Sequence record: OR413581.1
Length of the DNA: 64,000 bases
Direction: 5' to 3' (one strand)
Of the stretch, positions 37,262 to 45,158 are shown one piece after another. The position numbers were made by a program, and so were the translations under genes. The notes under the pieces are model-generated. The model did no database searches. It saw only the letters and a program-made list of their open reading frames with translations, and was not told the origin of the DNA. Positions within the stretch are counted from its first letter, which is position 1. The number at the start of each line of letters is the position of its first letter.

Positions 37262-38962
37262 ATGCAGCTTGTAAATCTACTGATGTATCCGGTCTACGAT
37301 GTTCCAGAGCAAGTTCGTCGCCGCATCGGCTTTAACGCATCGACGGGTGCTCTGGATGACTTAGCAGCAGCGGTTGAACTGGGCGGGGAAAAAGCTGTGG
37401 GAACACAGCAGTATCAAGAAGCATTATCTGCCATCGTGGGCTTCGATGGCACCCAGAATGGTTTTGAGCGTCCATTCATCAACGTGTCCGATGATGACAA
37501 TCGTCCTGTACAGTTCCAATGGGAATCACGTGATACCGGTATCTTTAACTTCGTGGCGGTGTTTATTGCTAAACCTCTGAATGCAACACGCACTCAGGAA
37601 ACGCAATACATCGTATCCGGTTATACCAGTCAGGCAGAAACCAGCCTGGGTAGCTTGCTGCCGGACGACATGGTGTTGTACATTAACGACATCTACGGCT
37701 TACAGGCAACGTATACACACGATGCCTTGGGCGGCAAAACATTGAACCCAGACTCATTCCGTCTACTGGATAACTACGTTTTATCGAAAGCGCTGTCTGT
37801 TGAAGGTCAAACAGAAAGTACGGTAGATATCATTTCGATCGCGAAAGCGGCGGATATGGTAAAACGTATTGAAATGAATAGCGGTGAGAAGTTCGTCCCA
37901 ACGAGCGACTCTGTACTGTCCGCAACCAGTAGCTCTGCACCACAGTTGATGGTGTCCCAACTCCAGCGTCCAGAAAACTACGTATCTGCCATCAGTAATG
38001 CGTATCTGGCAAGCTCTGGGGTAGATACCGAACTCGGTAGCGTGGAAAGCTTCTTTGCAGGTAATAACTCCATCGGCGTTGAATCTGAATTGAAGCAACG
38101 TGGTGTTATCCGTAACTACAGCAACCACGAACTGATTGCTGCGATGCGTCAAGCACTCCAGAACGGGATGTCTGATGTATCTGGCGGCTGGAAAGCAACC
38201 AGTAAGGCGACGTTCCGTTTGGCTGATTTGCGTAATGCGATTGTCAACCCAATGCGGTTGGATGAATGTATCCGTGAATCGCTGGCGCTGGCAAGTCGCC
38301 GTGGGTTGGGTGCAGGGCTGGTTAACCAAACCGACCACTGGATTGGACGTAATGGCTTCTCCACGCAGGGTAGTCTAGTTGCGTATGATCTGGCTATGTC
38401 TATCGGGCCGATTATGTCACGTAACCTGATTGGTGAAGTGAGCTTTGTCTTTGATAACCGCAACACAGATATCATGATAGAGCCTACGCTGGAAGTTATT
38501 CCTAACTCAGTCAGCAGCATCACACACCATCAGTTACCTGCTGCATTAGGTCGTCGTTTCTTGCAGAACATGAAAGAAGCGATGGTTCAGGTTACTAAAC
38601 ATAACCATATTCGCTGTCACATGCTGGTCACCGCATTGTTGGGGACCGTTACTCGTATTGAAATCCGTGTCGACGACGAACCGCTGGAATATTACACCTA
38701 CGCGTCGTTTATGCAATTCCGTCTCCATACCGGCAACACCACCGATCTCAAATACGTTGGTGAGCTGGCACAGAACACCGCAACGCTGTTGAAAGCCGTG
38801 GAAGAAGGTTATACAGAATTCGAGAAAGGCCAAGGCCGGGGTCGAATGCTATCTAACATTCCAACTAACACAGGTGGCTTAGATCCTCTTGGAGGTCTTG
38901 ACCTGGGTGGTGGCTTAGGCGGTATAGGCGGAAACGGACTCGGCAACGGTCTCATTGATTAA
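37262..38962 (+). CDS. picA: Putative PicA/Imp1 phage-nucleus protein import factor (phiKZ gp69-like)
   Basis: 566 aa immediately after the gp68-like gene; assignment by synteny; Gly-Leu-rich tail. Confidence 0.55.
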   Translation: MQLVNLLMYPVYDVPEQVRRRIGFNASTGALDDLAAAVELGGEKAVGTQQYQEALSAIVGFDGTQNGFERPFINVSDDDNRPVQFQWESRDTGIFNFVAVFIAKPLNATRTQETQYIVSGYTSQAETSLGSLLPDDMVLYINDIYGLQATYTHDALGGKTLNPDSFRLLDNYVLSKALSVEGQTESTVDIISIAKAADMVKRIEMNSGEKFVPTSDSVLSATSSSAPQLMVSQLQRPENYVSAISNAYLASSGVDTELGSVESFFAGNNSIGVESELKQRGVIRNYSNHELIAAMRQALQNGMSDVSGGWKATSKATFRLADLRNAIVNPMRLDECIRESLALASRRGLGAGLVNQTDHWIGRNGFSTQGSLVAYDLAMSIGPIMSRNLIGEVSFVFDNRNTDIMIEPTLEVIPNSVSSITHHQLPAALGRRFLQNMKEAMVQVTKHNHIRCHMLVTALLGTVTRIEIRVDDEPLEYYTYASFMQFRLHTGNTTDLKYVGELAQNTATLLKAVEEGYTEFEKGQGRGRMLSNIPTNTGGLDPLGGLDLGGGLGGIGGNGLGNGLID

Positions 38963-38974
38963 GGATTATTAACC

Positions 38975-40342
38975 ATGAAATTGATTGAATTCTACCGTTC
39001 GTTTCTGACCTCGCTCGGATACGGATTCGAAGGTGACATGCTGACTATCGATGATGGTCATCCGGCAATGTTCACCTACAACAAAGTGAAGCGCCGCTTG
39101 GTGCTTCCAACTGCAGCGATGATTAAGCGTGGGTTGGAAGATGACGAAGGTAGTGAATGTCATGCGTTCCACCCACTGTGTGAATCGGTACTGGCTGGCG
39201 AATCTGGAACGATTCGTTTCCTGAAGAAAGCCATCAACGCGAACCTCTTCCTGAAAAGCTTCGAGTTAATCGATGCGATTTTGGAAACAGCAGCCGAAGG
39301 AAAAAATATCCGTCTGGCAGCGTACAAGAAGTTTTTAAGCGATGTGGTTTGTGCTGACCTGAAAGATCCAACGATGGATAAGAAACTGGTTCAGAGCTGG
39401 CACGCAGTGAAGAACTACGTTTACGGGTTGCTGGAAGAAGATAAAAAGACAAAGATCACCAGTATCTTCATCTCCAGCGATATGACCATTGAAGGTATCA
39501 AATATATCCGTGTGGCGAACTACAAACACATGTTTGAAGAAGAGTCACTGGATGGTACGGCAACATTCTTCGGTGCCAAGCTCCAGCGTAAGCAGGATAA
39601 GGTCATTATCTTTAACCTGCTAACTGCAGTGTTTGGTTGGTATCCTTCGGTTACGGGTTCTAACGATCCGCGTCCGTACTTCGGTTCTTTGGCACGCGGT
39701 TGGGCACAATACGTGACCAACTACAATCAAGTGGTTCGTGGTCTGCGTGACCACACTCCACTGCGTCCGTTAGAAGAAGAATGGATTGGCCAACTGGATA
39801 ACATGAGCGTTTATGATAACGTTATCCAAACTCTGCCGTATAATACCGGCCCACGCACCGATCAGGCAACAGACACCACCGCAACGGATTTCCGTATCGG
39901 GCGTACACCTGCCGGCACAAAGCCGGTCGTTGCTTTAGCTTCTCAACAAGCTCCGCAGGAAAATCTTGATCTCAACGATCCGGTAAACTATTTCCGTGCG
40001 AAGAAAGCGCAACAGGCGTCTTCAGCTAATAGCTTCAATGCGTTAGCACCGAAGATTCAGGAAGCGCTGCGTGAGAACAACGGCCATTTACCGAAAGGGA
40101 CAATTAAAGAACTGTCTCTCGGTGAGGCGCTGCGTGGTAATGCGGTGACGAAAGAAAGTGGTCTGGGTTCTGGTTTGCTGGGAAGTAGTAATAATCTCTT
40201 GGGGGGTAGCACGCAGTTGGGCGGCGGTAGCACCAACCTCTTAGGAGGGAGTAGTGACGTGTTAGGTGGTCTGGGTGGTTTAGGTGGCGGAAGTAGCAGC
40301 AGTTTAGGCAACCTACCATTCTCATCAGCTAATTTACGTTAA
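38975..40342 (+). CDS. Conserved core protein (phiKZ gp70-like) with Gly-Leu-Ser low-complexity tail
   Basis: 455 aa; synteny; C-terminal LGG/GLG repeats. Confidence 0.65.
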   Translation: MKLIEFYRSFLTSLGYGFEGDMLTIDDGHPAMFTYNKVKRRLVLPTAAMIKRGLEDDEGSECHAFHPLCESVLAGESGTIRFLKKAINANLFLKSFELIDAILETAAEGKNIRLAAYKKFLSDVVCADLKDPTMDKKLVQSWHAVKNYVYGLLEEDKKTKITSIFISSDMTIEGIKYIRVANYKHMFEEESLDGTATFFGAKLQRKQDKVIIFNLLTAVFGWYPSVTGSNDPRPYFGSLARGWAQYVTNYNQVVRGLRDHTPLRPLEEEWIGQLDNMSVYDNVIQTLPYNTGPRTDQATDTTATDFRIGRTPAGTKPVVALASQQAPQENLDLNDPVNYFRAKKAQQASSANSFNALAPKIQEALRENNGHLPKGTIKELSLGEALRGNAVTKESGLGSGLLGSSNNLLGGSTQLGGGSTNLLGGSSDVLGGLGGLGGGSSSSLGNLPFSSANLR

Positions 40343-40348
40343 GCGTTA

Positions 40349-40380
40349 GAAAGAAGGGACTGGGCGTCCCTTCTTTTTTT
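40349..40380. terminator. Bidirectional terminator
   Basis: AGAAGGGAC/GTCCCTTCT stem plus T tract, between convergent genes. Confidence 0.8.
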
Positions 40381-40703
40381 CAAGATTCTACGATAGTCGA
40401 TAAGATGTTACTTACCACACCGACACTAGGAACCAATAAGGTTCTTATCTCTGGCGTGAAATCAAACGGAGTAGAAATTCCGTTCATTAACATCATCGGA
40501 TAAATAATACTATTATCGTACTGTTTGAGACGACAGTACGCGTAGAAACTGTGTACCTCTGGGTAGGCATATTTTGGGTCAACAACTTCTTCTGTAGTAT
40601 CTGGGTGTTTGCGAAGGAAGTCTGTATAGTCATGCAACACCTTATACTTGGTCGAATCAGGCGAAGGTATTATTTCGGATAAGGTAGCAAATTTATCTAG
40701 CAT
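40380..40703 (-). CDS. Small conserved protein, possible LysM/T4 gp53-like baseplate wedge fold
   Basis: 107 aa with AAGGAG SD; MMLMNGISTPFDF...LLVP pattern. Confidence 0.6.
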   Translation of the reverse strand: MLDKFATLSEIIPSPDSTKYKVLHDYTDFLRKHPDTTEEVVDPKYAYPEVHSFYAYCRLKQYDNSIIYPMMLMNGISTPFDFTPEIRTLLVPSVGVVSNILSTIVES

Positions 40704-40724
40704 CGTCTCTCCTTAAAATAAAAC

Positions 40725-40739
40725 AGATAGATATTATCT
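40725..40739 (+). promoter_or_regulatory. AGATAGATATTATCT promoter-like motif
   Basis: 30 nt upstream of the nvRNAP beta gene. Confidence 0.7.
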
Positions 40740-40769
40740 TACCGAGGTAACCAAAAGGAGCATTTACGA

Positions 40770-43007
40770 ATGAAAACACCAGTCGAACTCATGTCAAGCG
40801 TTGCTGACCGTGAGGTGAATATCACTGGCGTATCTGGGGCACGTGCCTCAATGGTGGGTGGACATATGAAGTCGGCGGTACCACTGGACAATCCAGATCC
40901 GACTATCCATTTTACCGGCGCTGATGTGAACTACCACGATTATTGTTTTAACGATATCGTGGAAGACAGTGGTACCGTGTGCAGTTACACAACCAAAGAA
41001 GGTGTTACTCGTGCAGCTGTTTTTGCACGCTATGGTCGTGAAGGGGATCACGATCCGCTCCAACATGTTATCTTCTTCACGCGCGCAGATTTAACCAACC
41101 AGCGCAAAGTGATGATTGATGTAATCGATATCAAGTATTACACCAACCACGATAACATTTTCTCGTCTAAGAAAGAGGCTACTGGGAAACTTCAGGCGTT
41201 GCTGCGCGGGCAGACTCAGCACCTGGAAAAAGATGAAATGCTTACCGTGCTGCCGGCACAGAAAGACGGTGAGTTTGTCGATGGGGTCAACCTGCACACC
41301 GTGACAATGTCGCACCCGGACATTATCGAGGACTCGTACACCATCTCCGAAACTGCAGCGAAGGCGATGCACGCTTATGGTTTGCGTGCAATTGACTTTA
41401 CCCTGCGCGACGACGAGTACCTGCTTGACACGTATGGGACAACGGGTATTGATGGCGTTCGTCGACCACAGTACCTGCCCAATAAAGGACAGGCAATTCG
41501 TGATGATGGGTTGGTTATTGCCGCGCGCCGTTTCGATAAGCTATGGGCAGCCATTGACTCGCACGTAGGTGAAACACAACATATCTCTCCGCACTTCGAC
41601 CGTTGTGAGTATGTTGATGCTGACCCTGAGCATTACAAAGCGCGTCAGGCTGGCGACTTTGAAAAGATGGAACGTACTGGTTCTCGTGTCGTTGATATTC
41701 AGGTATGGCGGGACGAAACCAAATGCGATCGTGGTGTTAACAATATCGCATGTACCGAAGAGAACAAACGCGAGTTAGATCACTACGCGAACGCTTTGAA
41801 ACGTTTTTACAATGATATCGTGCGGTTCTATTTTGCGATGTCCAAGGACAAGAATATTGTCTGGTCACCGAAAGCGTTTGAGATTCTTGACAAGGCGTTC
41901 TGTTCTGAGACGTATGAAGTCTATAACGACTTCCGTGAAGAGATTGGTCGTGAATACGATGAAGCCATGCGTAAAGGTGAGTATAACCGTTCTGCTGATA
42001 AGAACGTGTTGAACAAACTGGCGCAGCCGGTTCAGCGTGGTCTCTGGGACCCAATTGGTAGCTACACGATACGCATCGTGGTACGTTATCCAATCCCAGT
42101 TACCGTCTCATCGAAAATCACCGACCGTTCAGGTACAAAAGGTATCGTGGGCGCAGTGCGGCCTGATGAAGAAATGCCGATTAACGAGTTCGGAGAACGT
42201 GTGCATGTCATTCGTTCCATGAACGCCGTAATTCGTCGTTCGACTTATGCTGCGCTGTTCCACATGTATTGGTCTGCTGCATCCGAGCAGTTGAAGATGC
42301 GGTTGAAACCATTACTTGCCGCCAACCAGGTTGATGAAGCCTGGGAAATCCTGATGGACTATATCGATCGCTATAACCCACGCTGGACATTCTATCTCAA
42401 TGCCAGTCACCCAGATACTGAGTCACGTCTGGAACTCTTTAAAGAGATTTACGACTTCACGATTCGTATCTGGCTTCCCCACGAATTGAATGCCACCCAG
42501 GTAGAAATCTGCCGTGCTCTAGGCGAGTATGCACCACGCAAGTCTAAGCTACTGATTACTAACTATCAGGGTGAGAAAGAGTGGACGAAGAACCAGTTCT
42601 ACGTCGGCATGGTAGAGACTCTGCGCCTGGATAAAACCGGTCGTGAGTTCTCCAGTATCTCGTCGATGTACACGAACTATTTGGGTTGTATTGATGCATC
42701 CAACCAAGGACGTGGTTCATATCCGATTAACCTGAAAGGGTTGAAGTGGGGTGGTCCTTCCGAGCAGCGTCTTACCGACGGCTTTGGTCCGGGCAACTTC
42801 CCCGAAACTCATGACCGCGCTAATAACCCTGCGGTACACCGTGCGATCGTAACGGGGTTGTATAACTCGCCAACACCAACCAATCCGGGGGTGCTGGTCG
42901 ATCGTAAGAAACTGCCAATGGGAGATTCGCAGATTGACAGGATGATACGTAACATCCATCGCTGTGAAGGTTTTGAATTAGTGCGTCCAATTCGGGAGGA
43001 TAAATAA
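40770..43007 (+). CDS. rpoB: Non-virion RNA polymerase beta C-terminal subunit (phiKZ gp71-73-like), uninterrupted
   Basis: KITDRSGTKGIV (beta region H/I), EDSYTIS, LRLDKTG and KWGGPSEQR motifs. Confidence 0.85.
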   Translation: MKTPVELMSSVADREVNITGVSGARASMVGGHMKSAVPLDNPDPTIHFTGADVNYHDYCFNDIVEDSGTVCSYTTKEGVTRAAVFARYGREGDHDPLQHVIFFTRADLTNQRKVMIDVIDIKYYTNHDNIFSSKKEATGKLQALLRGQTQHLEKDEMLTVLPAQKDGEFVDGVNLHTVTMSHPDIIEDSYTISETAAKAMHAYGLRAIDFTLRDDEYLLDTYGTTGIDGVRRPQYLPNKGQAIRDDGLVIAARRFDKLWAAIDSHVGETQHISPHFDRCEYVDADPEHYKARQAGDFEKMERTGSRVVDIQVWRDETKCDRGVNNIACTEENKRELDHYANALKRFYNDIVRFYFAMSKDKNIVWSPKAFEILDKAFCSETYEVYNDFREEIGREYDEAMRKGEYNRSADKNVLNKLAQPVQRGLWDPIGSYTIRIVVRYPIPVTVSSKITDRSGTKGIVGAVRPDEEMPINEFGERVHVIRSMNAVIRRSTYAALFHMYWSAASEQLKMRLKPLLAANQVDEAWEILMDYIDRYNPRWTFYLNASHPDTESRLELFKEIYDFTIRIWLPHELNATQVEICRALGEYAPRKSKLLITNYQGEKEWTKNQFYVGMVETLRLDKTGREFSSISSMYTNYLGCIDASNQGRGSYPINLKGLKWGGPSEQRLTDGFGPGNFPETHDRANNPAVHRAIVTGLYNSPTPTNPGVLVDRKKLPMGDSQIDRMIRNIHRCEGFELVRPIREDK

Positions 43008-45112
43008 TGGCGGGTCGTTCTGTACACGTGCGTGATTTGCGTATGCTTAACTCTGATCAGGTGTGGAAACTACGCGGGCGTTATTACGTGACATTCGACG
43101 ATGGTAAGTCGTTGGAAATGTCTAGTCGCCACATCAAACTCAGCTGGCCGTATTGGGGTGTGTCGCGTCTGTATCCGCAGGTGCCCACTCCATCGACCAT
43201 GGCGTATCGTCCAGGTCAGGTAGCAACAGATGACCTGCATCTGGACTTTATGTCGGAAGCAGCGGTACTGGCCCGTAAAGCAGGTGTCGACCTTGCTGAA
43301 ACGCGTTATATCCTGAGTCAACATGTCTACGCCGATGCGTTCAACATGACAGTGAAGAACTTGCTGTCGTATTGTACGACAATCGACTTTGACACGATGA
43401 TGGAGATCTACGACCACCCGAACTTCGAACTCATCCGTCAGTGGGAAGTGCAATACCCTACTGGCTACGATGAAGATGGTCAGGATATGGTTGAAGAAGC
43501 GTACAAGCTTATCGAGAAAATCTTCAAAGACCCTGCGCTACGGTATAACCCGGTCGTGATGTCGGTACTGGACGGTACTGTGAAGATGAACCAGGTACTG
43601 CAAGCCTTCGTGCGTGGTAAAACGTCAGAAATTGACTCACGTGTATACACCAATCAGGTGTGGGAAGGCTTCTTTACCGGAATGCACTCGGTTATTTCGC
43701 GTTTGAAAGAATCTGGTGCAACTTCACGTTCCCACTTGTACAACACTGACAAGATTGCCGAAGCAGAATACGCCTCACGTAAACTGCAGCTGGCAGCAAA
43801 CGTACTGATGTATTTCACGTACGACGACTGCGGTACAACTCACGCACACCGCTACACGTTTAAGGATACGCAGCTGGATGAGCGTGCCTATAAAGCGATG
43901 GTGGGGATGCGTTATCGTTTAGAAGGCGATAATGGTCCGTGGTTGAGATTTGAGAAAGGTGGATACGCAGACCTGGTTGGTAAACCGCTGGTCTTCCGTA
44001 GTGCAATGACCTGTAAAGAGATGGCGAATCAGTCCATCTGTGCGACCTGTATGGGGGATTTGATTTATAACCTCTCTGAAGGTACGTCACCGGGTCACCT
44101 GGCTTCCACGTCCATCTCGGAAAAGGGTACACAGGGAATTCTCTCCACCAAGCACCTTGACTTCTTGCGTTATCTGCTCAACCTGGTACTCACACCGAGA
44201 ATGCGTGAGTACATGACCGAATACAAACATAACTCTCTGAAAGGGTTGTGCTTGCTACCAAAACCACAGCGTGGTAATTGGTCAGAATACGAGTTGGTTG
44301 TTACCGATAAAGTTTATTCGGAGCTGAGCCAGATTGCGTACCATGAAGATCTCGATGCAATTGATGAAACGGCATTGCCAGAAATCACCGACTTAACTTT
44401 CCAACGTCGTTTAGAAGATGGGCAAATCATCGCTTCAGATTCTATCGATGTGCGAATGGGTGTTTGTGGGAACTTCTCTAAACCGTTCTTGCATTACTTC
44501 TTGAAACAACGTGCGAACATTCGTATCGAGAAGAAGACGGTTCAGATTCCTTTGAAAGGATGGAACCCGAAACACCCGGTACTGGTCTACACCAACCGTT
44601 CTGAATCGATGGCAGAATTCGTGGCAGGGTTAGAAACCAAGCTCCGTTCAATTGCAGCTGATAAGAACGAAGACATTGTGGAAATCATCAACACAGCATC
44701 GACTGTGAAGCTGAACAAGAAACAAGGTCGTGTGAAACCAGTGACGTTGGTTGAGATGGGTGGTGCTACAGAGAAACAGTGTACTTATGCGTTGATGGAC
44801 ACGTTTAAGTATATCCAGCGTAAGCTGAGTGGTATACCGATGACGCATATTGCGATTATGTTGGCGATATCTCGTGTAGAGTCACCAACCAATCCGTTCC
44901 CGGCAGTAGGATTTGACAGTGAGGATTCTACTAATGCCACCGGGAAACGGTTTGTCGATCACAACACGCTCATTAGTTTGCGCTCGGCAATTCCGATGTT
45001 GTTGTTTGAAGGACAGCAGGGGAACATCGATCGCGTTGGTTTTTATACCGAGTACAAAATCCCGGCATCGTTGTACGATGACCTAGGAGCCGCTGTGGTA
45101 ATTGAGTTGTAA
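43007..45112 (+). CDS. rpoC: Non-virion RNA polymerase beta-prime C-terminal subunit (phiKZ gp74-like)
   Basis: Bridge helix AEAEYASRKL, DDCGT, Zn ligands C..ICATCMG, trigger loop SISEKGTQGILSTKH. Confidence 0.88.
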   Translation: MAGRSVHVRDLRMLNSDQVWKLRGRYYVTFDDGKSLEMSSRHIKLSWPYWGVSRLYPQVPTPSTMAYRPGQVATDDLHLDFMSEAAVLARKAGVDLAETRYILSQHVYADAFNMTVKNLLSYCTTIDFDTMMEIYDHPNFELIRQWEVQYPTGYDEDGQDMVEEAYKLIEKIFKDPALRYNPVVMSVLDGTVKMNQVLQAFVRGKTSEIDSRVYTNQVWEGFFTGMHSVISRLKESGATSRSHLYNTDKIAEAEYASRKLQLAANVLMYFTYDDCGTTHAHRYTFKDTQLDERAYKAMVGMRYRLEGDNGPWLRFEKGGYADLVGKPLVFRSAMTCKEMANQSICATCMGDLIYNLSEGTSPGHLASTSISEKGTQGILSTKHLDFLRYLLNLVLTPRMREYMTEYKHNSLKGLCLLPKPQRGNWSEYELVVTDKVYSELSQIAYHEDLDAIDETALPEITDLTFQRRLEDGQIIASDSIDVRMGVCGNFSKPFLHYFLKQRANIRIEKKTVQIPLKGWNPKHPVLVYTNRSESMAEFVAGLETKLRSIAADKNEDIVEIINTASTVKLNKKQGRVKPVTLVEMGGATEKQCTYALMDTFKYIQRKLSGIPMTHIAIMLAISRVESPTNPFPAVGFDSEDSTNATGKRFVDHNTLISLRSAIPMLLFEGQQGNIDRVGFYTEYKIPASLYDDLGAAVVIEL

Positions 45113-45115
45113 ACC

Positions 45116-45141
45116 GAGGGGCCTTGCGCCCCTCTTTTTTT
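45116..45141 (+). terminator. Rho-independent terminator
   Basis: GAGGGGC/GCCCCTC plus T7; supports a helicase start at 45159. Confidence 0.75.
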
Positions 45142-45158
45142 GTGCGAAGAGGGGCAGC

